A stretch of DNA of 64,000 bases from an uncultured delta proteobacterium (GCA_963843145.1 CAWJJC010000028.1:64001-128000); one strand, 5' to 3'. Positions 1 to 13,197 are shown, numbered from the stretch's first letter. The notes: generated by a model not told the origin, from the letters alone. A program made the numbers and translations.

Positions 1-400
1 GGAAGAGGCCCGCCAGATGGGGATGGCCGCCATGGCGGCTATGTCCAAGGCCTCCCCGGAGGAGATCCAGAAAGGGCTGGGGCGGGTGAAAAACGAGATG
101 GCCAAGATCAAAGGCTACCCTATCCGGACTGTCATTGATTGGAATTTTGAAAGCGAGGGCCAGGAAGGAGCGGCTCGGGAGGATTCGGCTTCGCGGGATC
201 GACCCACGGATGTCTCCGGTGGACTGGGCGGACTGGTCAGCGGTCTTTTAGGAAAGGTCGTCCAAAAAAAGGCGGAAGAGAAAATGTCGGGGGGAAAGGG
301 CGCGCCCTTCTTTTCCAGCACCATGGAAGTAAAGTCGCTCAATGCCGACCCGGTTCCGGGAGAATCCTTTGAGATCCCGAGCGGTTATGTAAAAAAGTAG
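1..400 (+). CDS. C-terminal part of a DUF4412-like secreted protein (5' end outside the window)
   Basis: The frame is open from the window edge. KIKGYPIRT and the terminal FEIPSGY motif are typical of DUF4412 proteins. Confidence 0.55.
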   Translation, partial: EEARQMGMAAMAAMSKASPEEIQKGLGRVKNEMAKIKGYPIRTVIDWNFESEGQEGAAREDSASRDRPTDVSGGLGGLVSGLLGKVVQKKAEEKMSGGKGAPFFSSTMEVKSLNADPVPGESFEIPSGYVKK

Positions 401-497
401 GGAAGGGTGTTTATCCGGTTAGGAAGGATAGCCAAAGGGGCCCTAGGTAACTGGTTTATTTGAAACCAAAATAACCTTTTTCCCAGAGAAAGAAGAG

Positions 498-995
498 GTG
501 GGCCTTATGGATTTGATCGGATTTTTGGGACAGGTGGAAGTTTTTAGAGGTTTAGATTCCATTCAGTTAAAGGTCCTCAAACCCTGCTGCCAGGTGAAGT
601 TGTTTAAAGAGGGGGATAAGATATTCGGCGAAGATGACCATGCTTTTTTTCTCTGGGCGGTTGTTGACGGCCAGATCGACCTGCGTTTTGATCTGCCGGG
701 GCGGGAGAGTGCCGGAGAGATGTCTATTTCTAAGATACTCCCCGGGAAGGTTTTTGGCTGGTCCAGTCTGGTTCCGCCAAATATTTATCGGCTTTCCGCC
801 TATGCCCTCACTCCGGACGTTGAGGTCCTGCAGATAAATAGGAATTGTCTGATAACGCTTTTCAGCAAGGACTCCAAAATCGGTTACCTGGTCATGAGCA
901 ATGTGGCCAGCGTGATCAGTACCCGTTTTCAACAGTTGCAGGATGAACTGAGTCTAAAAAATGGAAAGAGCATGCTTTTTCAGAGTGACTGGTGA
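498..995 (+). CDS. Stand-alone cyclic nucleotide-binding (Crp/Fnr-type sensor) domain protein, no HTH
   Basis: VFRGL..., FKEGDKIFGEDD, PGKVFGWSSLV and YRLSAYA match the cNMP-binding fold. Confidence 0.8.
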   Translation: MGLMDLIGFLGQVEVFRGLDSIQLKVLKPCCQVKLFKEGDKIFGEDDHAFFLWAVVDGQIDLRFDLPGRESAGEMSISKILPGKVFGWSSLVPPNIYRLSAYALTPDVEVLQINRNCLITLFSKDSKIGYLVMSNVASVISTRFQQLQDELSLKNGKSMLFQSDW

Positions 996-1058
996 TGAGT
1001 TCGCGAAAAGTCGAAAAAACCCTCATTGCGACCCGAGGCCAACGGGTTCTGAAAATAA

Positions 1059-1550
1059 TCATCCCCCCCAGGGCATCTGGGCGTATTCTTCAAAGGCCCG
1101 ATCATGGAGGTTTTTGAATAGATTTTCATGACCTTTTTCCCAGAGGGCCAGCTTTTCCAGGGACTGTTTGGCCTTTCCTTCCACTCGATCGGCCGCCATC
1201 CGGTAGAATTCGGCAAAGTCTCGTTCGATGAGATAAGCCATTCGTAGAATCGGCAGGACCGGTACCATGGATTGAAGGACGGTCTGATCGATCAGTTCCT
1301 TTTCGGCTTTCTTGAGGAAAAAATTCGGATTCTCCACCTCCAAACCCGCGGGCGAGACAGAAGAAACCTCCTGATCCAGTTCCTGAAGCTGCCGATTGAT
1401 AAACTCGATATGTTTTTGTTCCTCCAGAGCCAAATTCTTAAAGACCCCCACGGCTGCCGCGTGTGCGAAGCGCTCGGCATTTTGTTCAAAAAAACGCTTT
1501 CCTTCTATCTCACGCTGCAGGGCGTATTCATAAATCTTTCGAATTTCCAT
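1059..1550 (-). CDS. Ferritin-like / rubrerythrin-family diiron protein
   Basis: Duplicated A-x-x-x-E ... E-x-x-H motifs (ALQRE...EEQKH; AYLIE...WEKGH). Confidence 0.85.
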   Translation of the reverse strand: MEIRKIYEYALQREIEGKRFFEQNAERFAHAAAVGVFKNLALEEQKHIEFINRQLQELDQEVSSVSPAGLEVENPNFFLKKAEKELIDQTVLQSMVPVLPILRMAYLIERDFAEFYRMAADRVEGKAKQSLEKLALWEKGHENLFKNLHDRAFEEYAQMPWGG

Positions 1551-1664
1551 AGAGTTCCTCGCTATTATTGATATTAATTATATATTAATCATTCCAGGAT
1601 TATAGTCAACGAGTATTTGAATATAAAAGGTTGTTCTTCCTTTCGGGGGGGTAAGACACAATAT

Positions 1665-1933
1665 GGGGTGGGTTGGTCTGAAATCGAAGCTCCGTGGCCG
1701 AGGGGTCTCGGCGAAAGGGTTTTCCAAAGGTACTCCGGACTTCGAACCCGGGCCGAACGTACTAATTTTATTTAAAGCAGGCCCATACTCAGAGGCTATT
1801 GACGTCTACCAGGCTGGCCCTGCCCCCTCGAAGATTTGACAAGATGGGGGCCGGGTTAGGACCGATAAAGCAATAGGGAAAACCCTTTCGCCGAGACCCC
1901 TCGGCCATACGAGTTATGGAAGGTACCCACCCC
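1665..1933. repeat. Inverted-repeat element (REP doublet or MITE-like)
   Basis: Perfect 31-bp inverted repeat at 1695-1725 and 1877-1907, each arm containing a GCCGAG-GGGT-CTCGGC hairpin. Outer GGGGTGGGT/ACCCACCCC at 1665-1673 and 1925-1933. Confidence 0.75.
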
Positions 1934-2033
1934 TGAGGGTGAAGCGATACACAAAAAAGCCCCCTCAACCAGGCCGGCGGAGACGGCAGAAGAGGGGGCC
2001 AAAAAAAGGGCTGGTTGAGATGATGGACCTGCC

Positions 2034-4817
2034 TCAGGTGGTTTCCCTCAGCGCCTCGACCCGCACGGCGCATATTTTGTATTCTGGAATTTTGGACACC
2101 GGATCCAGGGCGGAGTTGGTCAACTCGTTAACCGAGGCCTCCGGAAAATGAAAATTTCCATAGACCATCCCTGGGGGGACGCGGTCGGTGATCCAGGCAT
2201 CACTCTCGATCATTCCTCTTCGGGAAGTGACCCGAATCCGTTTATTTCCATTCAGACCCAGCTTCTTGGCATCGGCCGGATTGAGTTCAACCAACGGCCG
2301 GGGATAGATTTCCAACAGGCCCTTGGCCCTTCGGGACATCTGTCCGCCGTGCCAATGGTAGAGTACCCTTCCGGTGCTCAGGAGATAGGGATATTCACGG
2401 CTCGGCATTTCCGCGGCCGGGAGATTTTCGTTGACCGTAAATTTCCCTACTCCGCGGGCAAATTTTCCCACATGCAAGACCGGGGTCCCGGGGTCGGTGC
2501 TGTTCTTCACCGGCCACTGAAAGGTTTCCCCCCGCTCCAGGCGCTCGTGGGTCACCCCGGCATAACTGGGGGAAAGAGCGGCGATCTCTTCCATAATTTC
2601 CGAGGTGCGCTGATATTCCCATCCGCCGTAGGTCCCGTCACTCACCCGTCGCTCTCCTTTGGAGAGAAGGCGCCGGGCGAGCTCGGAGATGATGCGCCAA
2701 TCCTCGCGAGCCTCTCCCGGGGAGTCAATGGCCTTCCGGACCATTTGGATCCGTCGTTCGGTATTTGTAAAGGTGCCTGTTTTTTCAGCAAAACTTGTTC
2801 CAGGCAGGAGGATGTCGGCATAGGGTTCGGTTTCGGAGGAAAAGAGTTCCTGGAGTATGACCAGGGAACATTCCTTGAGGCAATGACGCACATGATTCGT
2901 ATCCGCATCGCTCATTATCGGATCTTCGCCTAATATGTAGAGGGCTTTGATCTTCCCCTCGGGAATGCCGGGCATCATCTCGGTAACCGTCATCCCCACC
3001 TTGGGTGACAAAGGGACCCCCCAGGCGGCTTCAAATTTCCGCTGGACCTCGGGGTCGGTCACGGCCTGGTAGGCCGGATAGACATTGGGCAGACCGCCCA
3101 TGTCGCAGGCCCCCTGGACATTGTTCTGTCCCCGCAAGGGGTTGACGCCGCCTCCGGGGATACCCATGTTGCCCAAGACCATTTGAAGATTGGCCAGCGT
3201 CTGGACGTTGCTGACCCCGGTGATATGCTGGGTGATACCCATGGCCCAGAGTACGGCCATGGGTCGGTTTTTGGCCATCAGTTCGGCCGCCTCCTGGAGT
3301 TGTGTCAGGGGGACTCCTGTAATCTTTGACACTATTTCCGGAGTATAGGTCAGGACCACTTTCTTGAATTCCTCAAAACCTTCCGTCCGCTCGGCGATAA
3401 AGGATTTATCTTCCCAGCCCTGAGAGAGGATGATATGCATCAGTCCATTAACCAGGGCGATGTCGGTGCCCGGATGATGACGCAGGTGCAAAGTCGCGAA
3501 ATCCGCCAGGGGGATCCGCCGGGGATCGGCCAGGATCAGCACGGCTCCCCGTTGTCTGACGGCCTGGCGGACCCGGAACCCGATCACCGGGTGCTGTTCG
3601 GTGGTATTGGAGCCGATCACCAAAAAGGCTCGGGCCTGTTCGGCAATATCTTCAATCGAATTGGACATGGCGCCCGAACCGTAGGAAATGGCCAGACCGG
3701 CCACGGTGCTGCTGTGTCAGAGGCGGGCGCAATGGTCTATATTGTTCGTCCCTAAAACCTGCCGGGCGAATTTATTCATCAGATAATTTTCTTCATTCAA
3801 ACACTTGGCCGAAGTCAGGACCCCGATCCGGTCACCGCCATCTTCGTCTCGAATCGTCCGTAACCGATTGGCAGTCAAGTCCAGGGCCGTGCCCCAATCC
3901 ACTTCCACCCAGGGATCGCCGAATCGTTTGGCGGCCCGCTCTCCTTCTAACAAATACTTGCGCACCCGGGGCTTGGTCAGGCGATCGGGATGGCTGACAT
4001 AATCATAGCCAAAGCGGCCCTTGACGCACATCCAACCGCGGTTGGCCGGAGATCCCCAGGAGGAATCCACTCGGACGATGGTATTATCTTTCACCTTCAG
4101 ATCAAGCTGGCAACCGACGCCGCAGTAGGAGCAGGTGGTCTTGACGCTCCGGTATTCCCAGTTCCGGCCTCGGCCGAGAGACATCTTGGCCGTCAGGGCG
4201 CCGGTGGGACAGATGGCCAGACAACTGCCGCAAAACTCACAAGGGCTCTGGGCCATCCCGGCCTCGGTGTCCTCGCCAAAAGCGATGACGGCGTTAAAAC
4301 CCCTTTCGATGATTTTCACCGCCTCGACGCCGTTTATATATTTGCAGGCCCGGACGCAGCGACGGCATAAAATACACTTATTGCGGTCCACTTGAATAAA
4401 GGGATTGGAGGTGTCGATGGGGAACTGTTGCCGTTCTCCCGTAAAACGGGTGCCTTTGACCTCATATTCATAGGCCAGGTCCTGAAGGAGGCAGTTCCCG
4501 GTGGCTTCACAGGTCAGGCAGTCCAGCGGGTGATTGGAAAGCAACAGTTCCAGGACGGCTTTCCGGGCCTCGATCACTTTGGGCGAATGGGTTTGGAGGA
4601 CCAACCCTTCCTCAACCGGAAAGTTGCAGGCCGTCTCCAGGGAACCCTGCGGCTCTCTTTCCACCACGCAAATTCGACAGGCGCCGTCCGGGGGGAGGGC
4701 CGGATGGTGGCACAGAACGGGAATCGTGAACCCGGCCTCCGTGGCCGCCTCCCAGACAGTTTTTCCAGCCAGGGTTTCAACTTGTTGACCGTTAATCGTT
4801 AGGTGAACTTTTTCCAT
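2034..4817 (-). CDS. fdhF: Selenocysteine-containing formate dehydrogenase alpha subunit (Mo/W-bisPGD, N-terminal 2Fe-2S and 4Fe-4S domains)
   Basis: ORFs 3717..4904 and 2034..3704 are in frame across TGA 3717-3719, giving IDHCARL-U-HSSTVAGL, the FDH active-site motif. N-terminal Fe-S Cys motifs are present. The likely start is MEKVHL at 4817, after an AGAAAGGAG RBS. Confidence 0.93.
3688..3719 (-). promoter_or_regulatory. SECIS element of the FDH gene
   Basis: UGA, then 12 nt, then GUGGCC-GGUCU-GGCCAU. The loop resembles that of the E. coli fdhF SECIS. Confidence 0.85.
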
Positions 4818-4994
4818 GGGGGTCAGAGACTCCTTTCTTACAATCGGCCCTGTGCCTTTTTCCCGAGGTATGACGGATGGGAACCTATAACTCTCTCGAA
4901 TCACTTAAGAAAATATTGAATACCGGGTCAGACTGAAAATCAGGTCGATTATAGTTTAAGGGGTAGAGGCGGTCAAGAAGAAAAAGTGTATCCA

Positions 4995-6635
4995 TCAGCG
5001 ATGGTCGGCCTGGCGCTCCTCAATAAGCGCTTCGAGTCGTTCCATCAATTCCCCAAAAGTCTGCTCTCGTAGCGCCGAGACCAGGACGGCCTGATAACGG
5101 GAACGCTGGATTTGGGCATATTCTTTAGTCACCCGGTCTATTTTGTTAAAAACACGCAAGTTGGGAATCGTGGAAAGCCCGAGTTGGTTAAGAAGATTTT
5201 CTACTACGGTCATATGTTCCTCGAAACGGGGGTTGCTGATATCCAGCACCTGGAGGATTAAGTCCGCATTCTCCAATTCTTCCAAGGTAGCCCTAAAGGC
5301 GGTCAGAAGATCTTTGGGCAGGTTTTTAATGAAACCCACCGTATCGGTGATGATCACTTCCCGGTCGTGGGGAAACTTGAGCCGGCGGCTGGTGGGATCC
5401 AACGTGGCGAAAAGACGATCCTCGGCCGCCAAACGGCTGTGGGTAAGGGTGTTCAGCAAGGTGGATTTTCCGGCATTGGTATAACCCACGATGGAAATAA
5501 CGGGAATGTTCCTTCGTTCCCGCTTCCCTCGCCGTTGTTGACGCTGGCTGCGAATGGCCTCCAGATCCCGTTGCAGACGGTGAATTTTTTCGCGAACCCT
5601 CCGCCGGTCGATCTCCAACCGGGTTTCTCCCGGCCCCCGACCGCCGATGCCCCCGGTTAACCGGGAGAGGGCGTCATCCCGGCCCTTCAACCGGGGCAGA
5701 ATATACTTCAATTGGGCCATCTCCACCTGAATCTTTCCCTCCCGGGTCCTGGCTCGCTGCGCAAAGATGTCCAGGATCAACTGGGTGCGGTCGATGACCT
5801 TCAGGTCGGTGAAATCCGTGATGGAACTGACCTGGGAGGGATTCAATTCCTGGTCAAATACCCACAGGGTGGCCTCCAGTTGCAAAGCCCGGATGGACAG
5901 GCTGCTCAAACGGTCCTTGCTCATTAAATACTTAGGGTTGACTTCTTTTCGGGTCTGGATAACTGTTTCCACAACCTCCAGGTTGGCGGAGTAGGCCAAT
6001 TCTTTCAATTCCTCGAGGGATTCCTGGGCCACGGATTTTGGCTGTGGGGTGATACTGATCAGCATGGCCCGCTCCGCCGAACGCCTCACCCGGCGGACCG
6101 AAAGCCTGTGCCCCCATTCTTCCTCCAGAGAGCGGACCAGGCTTTGCACTTCCAGTCGGGATTGTCCCAGTCTTTCGGGTTCCAAGACTCTAAAAGTCAG
6201 TCCCTCGGGGTTATCGGGAAGCAGGTGGGCGGTTTGCAGCCAGAGGGCGTTTCCGGACCGGTCCAGACCAAGGACGGTCACCAGATCCAGACGCAGGCGG
6301 GCCAGATCGGTCCGGTCTTCCTCATTCAGGGATTCCTCTTTAAAGTGCGTGTGTAGCAGACGCAAGCCTTTGAGACGGCCCTTAGCGCCTCGAAATTCGG
6401 ACAAATCGGGGATCAGCAGGGAATGGTCATGACCCACAATGACGTAGAGCAGGTCGCCTCGGCGGTTGATCAGCAGGCCTATTTGACGTTTTATCTCAAA
6501 GGAGATTTCCGCCAGAGATTGGGCTAATTCCAGCGTGATGACTTGCTGAGGGGGGAGGTGGCGGCGGTAAAGATACTGAAGTTTTTTCAGTTGGGAGGCT
6601 TTTAAACCGGAGGTATTCCCGAAGATGCGGCTGAT
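4995..6635 (-). CDS. hflX: Ribosome-splitting GTPase HflX, long form with N-terminal extension
   Basis: GGRGPGET, VGYTNAGKSTL, LFATLDPT and DTVGFI motifs. Start proposed at ATC 6635 after GGAGG; the ORF track start is TTG 6683. Confidence 0.93.
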   Translation of the reverse strand: MSRIFGNTSGLKASQLKKLQYLYRRHLPPQQVITLELAQSLAEISFEIKRQIGLLINRRGDLLYVIVGHDHSLLIPDLSEFRGAKGRLKGLRLLHTHFKEESLNEEDRTDLARLRLDLVTVLGLDRSGNALWLQTAHLLPDNPEGLTFRVLEPERLGQSRLEVQSLVRSLEEEWGHRLSVRRVRRSAERAMLISITPQPKSVAQESLEELKELAYSANLEVVETVIQTRKEVNPKYLMSKDRLSSLSIRALQLEATLWVFDQELNPSQVSSITDFTDLKVIDRTQLILDIFAQRARTREGKIQVEMAQLKYILPRLKGRDDALSRLTGGIGGRGPGETRLEIDRRRVREKIHRLQRDLEAIRSQRQQRRGKRERRNIPVISIVGYTNAGKSTLLNTLTHSRLAAEDRLFATLDPTSRRLKFPHDREVIITDTVGFIKNLPKDLLTAFRATLEELENADLILQVLDISNPRFEEHMTVVENLLNQLGLSTIPNLRVFNKIDRVTKEYAQIQRSRYQAVLVSALREQTFGELMERLEALIEERQADHR

Positions 6636-6645
6636 AGGGTCCTCC

Positions 6646-7998
6646 TCAGAACGGTTCCCCGTCGTCGCCGGCCAGATTTTCAAATCGGGTGTATTGATTT
6701 ATAAAGGACAGCGTGATTTTCCCGATCGGGCCATTACGCTGTTTGCCGATGATAACCTCAGCAGTTCCTTTCTGTTTCGAATTCTCATCATACATCTCGT
6801 CCCGGTAGATGAATAAAATCACGTCCGCGTCCTGTTCGATGGCCCCGGATTCTCTTAAATCGGCCATAAAGGGACGTCGGTCGGTACGATCTTCCACCTT
6901 GCGATTCAACTGGGAGAGGGCTACCACGGGTATGTTGAGTTCCTTGGCTAAGGCCTTGAGAGAACGTGAAATCTCCGAGATCTCCTGTTCCCGGCGGTCC
7001 GATCCTCCCCGACCGCTCATCAACTGGAGATAATCGACCACCGCCAGCCCCAATCCCTTCTCCGACTTTAACCGTCGGGCTTTGGCCCGCATCTGCAGCA
7101 CGGTGAGCCCCGGGGAGTCGTCGATATAAATCGGCGCTTCGGAGAGGAGGCCGGCGGCATTGGTCAACCGAGGCCAGTCCCGTTCTCCGATAAAACCGCT
7201 CCGCAGCTTGTAAGAATCCACTCGGGCTTCACTGCACAACATGCGGATAGCCAATTGTTGGCGGGACATTTCCAGGGAGAAAATGACTGCTGGGATTTCG
7301 GCCTGGGTAGCGGCGTTGCGGGCAATATCCAGGGCAAAAGCCGTTTTGCCCATGCTCGGGCGTCCGGCGATAATGATCAGGTCCGAAGGTTGAAATCCCG
7401 AGGTCAGTTGATCCAGTTTGGTGAATCCGGTGGGAACCCCACTGATGCGTTCTTTGCGCTCGTAAAGCGCTTCTATGGTCTGAAAGCTGTCTTTGATGAC
7501 CTCGCTCAGGGGGTAAATATGGGGGGTGATTTTGGCGGCGGTGATTTCAAAAATTGATTTTTCGGCCTGGTCTAAAATATCCTCCACCTCTCCGGAGAAT
7601 TGATAACTTTTGCTGGCGATTTCCGTGGTGATGTTGATCAGGCGTCGGAGGATGGCTTTTTCCCGGACGATCCGGGCATAGACTTCAATATTGACGGCGG
7701 AGGGGATGGCATCCGTCAGGGAGGTTAAATAACTGGCCCCCCCGATCCCCTCCAGATTTTGCCGGGAGAGAAGGGATTCGGTCAAAGTGATGAGATCGAC
7801 CGGTGTCCCTTTCTGGTAGAGGGCCACCATGGCGGAGAATATCTTGCGGTGGCCTTCTCGATAAAAATCATCTTCCTGCAGAATTTCTAAGATACGGGAC
7901 AGGGCCTCGGGTTCGAGGAGGATGCCCCCCAGGACCGATTGTTCGGCTTCAATGTTTTGAGGGGGTATCTTAAGGGCCGCTTCCTCAGAGGGGTGCAT
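6646..7998 (-). CDS. dnaB: Replicative DNA helicase
   Basis: PPQNIEAEQSVLG, GRPSMGKT, VVDYLQLM, LRESGAIEQDAD, KQRNGP. Confidence 0.98.
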   Translation of the reverse strand: MHPSEEAALKIPPQNIEAEQSVLGGILLEPEALSRILEILQEDDFYREGHRKIFSAMVALYQKGTPVDLITLTESLLSRQNLEGIGGASYLTSLTDAIPSAVNIEVYARIVREKAILRRLINITTEIASKSYQFSGEVEDILDQAEKSIFEITAAKITPHIYPLSEVIKDSFQTIEALYERKERISGVPTGFTKLDQLTSGFQPSDLIIIAGRPSMGKTAFALDIARNAATQAEIPAVIFSLEMSRQQLAIRMLCSEARVDSYKLRSGFIGERDWPRLTNAAGLLSEAPIYIDDSPGLTVLQMRAKARRLKSEKGLGLAVVDYLQLMSGRGGSDRREQEISEISRSLKALAKELNIPVVALSQLNRKVEDRTDRRPFMADLRESGAIEQDADVILFIYRDEMYDENSKQKGTAEVIIGKQRNGPIGKITLSFINQYTRFENLAGDDGEPF

Positions 7999-8004
7999 AA
8001 GAGA

Positions 8005-8451
8005 CTATTTTTCTTCAGACACCTTGAGGCGAAGTTGGGCTGTTATTCCGGTATGAATCTTCAAAGGGATTTCAAAATCCCCCAAGGTCCGGATCGGCTC
8101 TTCCAGAAGAATATTTTTGCGGTCAAACGTTATTTGGGCCTTGGCCAGGGCTTCGGCCAAGTCTTTGGAGGTCACCGAACCGAATATTTTTTCTCCATCG
8201 GAAACCTTCCGGGAAAGGGTCAGCTCCAAGGCGTTGATTTGTTCCGCCAATTTTTGAGCCCCTTCCAGGTCTTTGGTCGTTTTTTTGATAATCAAGCGTT
8301 TCTGTTCCTCCACCTCCTTGAGGTGATGGGCCGTGGCGTCGAGAGCCTTACCCTGGGGAACCAAAAAATTGCGTCCGTAGCCCCGGGCCACTTCCACTAA
8401 ATCGCCGGCTTTACCCAGGTGGGGCACATCCTCTTTTAAAATAAGCTTCAT
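8005..8451 (-). CDS. rplI: 50S ribosomal protein L9
   Basis: MKLILKEDVPHLGKAGDLVEVARGYGRNFL; KIFGSVT. Confidence 0.98.
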   Translation of the reverse strand: MKLILKEDVPHLGKAGDLVEVARGYGRNFLVPQGKALDATAHHLKEVEEQKRLIIKKTTKDLEGAQKLAEQINALELTLSRKVSDGEKIFGSVTSKDLAEALAKAQITFDRKNILLEEPIRTLGDFEIPLKIHTGITAQLRLKVSEEK

Positions 8452-8498
8452 ATACGGTCCTCCGATTCGAATCTATTGCCAGGGACTGAAGCCTCCGG

Positions 8499-8753
8499 TT
8501 AACTGGTCGTTTTGGACAAGTAGGGCAATAAGGCAATTTGACGGGTTCTTTTGATAGCTACCGTAAGTTCCCGCTGGTGTTTCGCGCAGTTGCCGGAGAT
8601 GCGCCGGGGAATGATCTTCCCCCGCTCGGTAGTAAAGTATTTTAGTGTCTTCATGTCCTTGTAATCAATATGCATGGTTTTGTCGGCGCAAAATCGGCAA
8701 ATTTTACGTCTGGTAAAAACGCGTTTTTTTCTTCTATTCTGGGGTATAGGCAT
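8499..8753 (-). CDS. rpsR: 30S ribosomal protein S18 (zinc-binding C+ form)
   Basis: [28 protein letters not shown]. Confidence 0.98.
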   Translation of the reverse strand: MPIPQNRRKKRVFTRRKICRFCADKTMHIDYKDMKTLKYFTTERGKIIPRRISGNCAKHQRELTVAIKRTRQIALLPYLSKTTS

Positions 8754-8755
8754 GG

Positions 8756-9184
8756 CTATTCTCCCTCCTCTTCCGCTTCAGACTTTTCTGGAACTTCGAC
8801 GGATTTTTCAGACCCTTCGTCCATTTCTTCAGGGGAGATCAGAGATTCCGGCTGAATCGCTTCTTCCTTTTCCTGCTCCAACTGGGCGGGGTCAAAGGGG
8901 TCTTTGATTTTAACCGTGAGAAACTTTAAGATTTTGTCGTCAATATTGAAATTACGTTCAATTTCCTTGATCATATTTCCAGGGCCGTAAAAATCAATCA
9001 GGGAATAAGCGCCTTTGGATTGTTTTTTGATGTCGTAGGCTAATTTCCTTCTGCCCCAGTCCTCGGTTTTGATGACCGTCCCTTTTAGGGACACGATCAT
9101 TTCGCCGTAGCGATCGCTGACCGCTTTGATCTCTTCATCCGTCAAGTCCGGATGAACAATAAATACCACTTCGTACCTGCGCAT
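8756..9184 (-). CDS. rpsF: 30S ribosomal protein S6
   Basis: [24 protein letters not shown], acidic C-terminal tail. Confidence 0.98.
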   Translation of the reverse strand: MRRYEVVFIVHPDLTDEEIKAVSDRYGEMIVSLKGTVIKTEDWGRRKLAYDIKKQSKGAYSLIDFYGPGNMIKEIERNFNIDDKILKFLTVKIKDPFDPAQLEQEKEEAIQPESLISPEEMDEGSEKSVEVPEKSEAEEEGE

Positions 9185-9187
9185 AGA

Positions 9188-9232
9188 ACCTCCTTACGGA
9201 TAGTATAGCCCCCCTCATAGGGAGCAAGGAGA
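9188..9232 (-). promoter_or_regulatory. S6:S18 ribosomal protein leader (autoregulatory RNA)
   Basis: The mRNA reads CUCCUUG...CCG-UAAGGAGG. The anti-SD pairs with the SD, with the characteristic unpaired CCG directly 5' of it and an internal hairpin. Confidence 0.7.
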
Positions 9233-9424
9233 AATTAATAGATTAAAATATTCTCATATTTTTGTCAATTAAAATAAGTTGTCGCTTCACCGTTTGGGGA
9301 TAGCGGCTAGGCTATCGGGTGTTTTTTCTGAAATCGGCCATACCAGATCTGCTGGGCGCCCACACCAAAGGCCGAAGCGACAATATTATTGGCACAAAAC
9401 CCGAGGGGAAAGTTGACTTTTTAG

Positions 9425-11979
<2,555 letters not shown>

Positions 11980-12011
11980 CTTCTTTTTCCAATGATTATT
12001 CCGAGGAATCC

Positions 12012-12602
12012 TTGACCGCTGCTAGAAATGATTTTCGACGAAAGGCCCGCGGGGTGGCGGTACTCCTGCTGGACGTGGACGGAGTTTTAACCGACGGACG
12101 CATTCAGTTGGATGAACGCGGGAAGGAAAGGAAAATTTTTCACGTTCATGACGGCCAGGGAATCCGCTGGTTGCTAAAAGCCGGAATAGAGGTGGGGATC
12201 ATTTCCGGGCGCTCCTCCGGGTCCGTCCTGACCCGGGCCGGAGAACTCGGAATTTCCTTGCTTTTCCAGAATATTCAGGATAAGTGGGCTGTGGTCCAAG
12301 CCTTGCTGAGGAATAAAGGCTGGAACCTGAAACAGGTGGCCTACATGGGGGATGATCTAGCCGATCTCCCGCTCCTTCAACGAGTGGGGTTGCCGATCGG
12401 GGTCCCGAACGGACATCCCTTGACCCATCGATCCGTGGGTTATGTGACCCGAAAATCTGGCGGTTGGGGCGCGGTTCGAGAGGTGGCCGAGGAAATCCTG
12501 AAGTCCCAGAGTAAATGGGAAGAGATAGTGAAAGGGTACGCCCTGGACCTTGAGGAGCAGCCTCCCGGGAATTGTCTCATTGACCTATCAACGGCATTGT
12601 GA
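12012..12602 (+). CDS. kdsC: KDO-8-phosphate phosphatase (HAD family)
   Basis: LDVDGVLTDG, YMGDDLADL, GGWGAVRE. The start position is approximate. Confidence 0.92.
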   Translation: MTAARNDFRRKARGVAVLLLDVDGVLTDGRIQLDERGKERKIFHVHDGQGIRWLLKAGIEVGIISGRSSGSVLTRAGELGISLLFQNIQDKWAVVQALLRNKGWNLKQVAYMGDDLADLPLLQRVGLPIGVPNGHPLTHRSVGYVTRKSGGWGAVREVAEEILKSQSKWEEIVKGYALDLEEQPPGNCLIDLSTAL

Positions 12603-12615
12603 GTATAATAACTGA

Positions 12616-13197
12616 ATGAAGAAAGTTAAAAATCTGCTGATGATCGGGATCCTGTGCGTGGTCGCTTTTTGGATTGGCCTGTACGCCTTCAGGACTCAGA
12701 AACCCACCATCGTTCCATCCCAAAAACCGGTCACCGGGCAAACACCCGGTAACGTGGGTTTAAAAGAAATCAATTTCTCTCAAGTCAAGGACGGGGTTAA
12801 ACTCTGGGAATTGAAAGCCGAGGAGGTGGAGTACCAGAAAGACCGGAATCTGGTTTCCTTCAAAAAAGTAACCATCCTTTATTTCCCCAAGGAAGATAAA
12901 CCCATCTCCTTGGTGGGAAACCGGGGGTACTTAGATACGCAGTCCAAAAATATTTATATGGAAGGCGAGGTCATCGTTTCATCGGAGAAGGGATATGAGC
13001 TAAAAGCCCCCTCCCTTTATTACCAGGATGAAAAAAGGGAGGTGACCACCGAGGGGGTGGTGACGTTCAAAGGCCCGGAAATAATGGTGGAAGGCCGGGG
13101 GGCGATTATGCAACTGGATTCCCAAAGATTGTTTATCAAAAATAAGGCCAGGACCACTTTTTATCAGGAATTTTTTAAGGAGCAGAACCGCGGATAA
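12616..13197 (+). CDS. lptC: LPS export periplasmic protein LptC
   Basis: N-terminal TM anchor, WELKAE beta-jellyroll pattern, and position between kdsC and lptA. Confidence 0.85.
   Translation: MKKVKNLLMIGILCVVAFWIGLYAFRTQKPTIVPSQKPVTGQTPGNVGLKEINFSQVKDGVKLWELKAEEVEYQKDRNLVSFKKVTILYFPKEDKPISLVGNRGYLDTQSKNIYMEGEVIVSSEKGYELKAPSLYYQDEKREVTTEGVVTFKGPEIMVEGRGAIMQLDSQRLFIKNKARTTFYQEFFKEQNRG

Noticed and set aside
1560-1592. AT-rich palindrome upstream of the ferritin-like gene as a Fur/PerR box
   Set aside because: The context is plausible, but the match to either consensus is too weak to call by eye.
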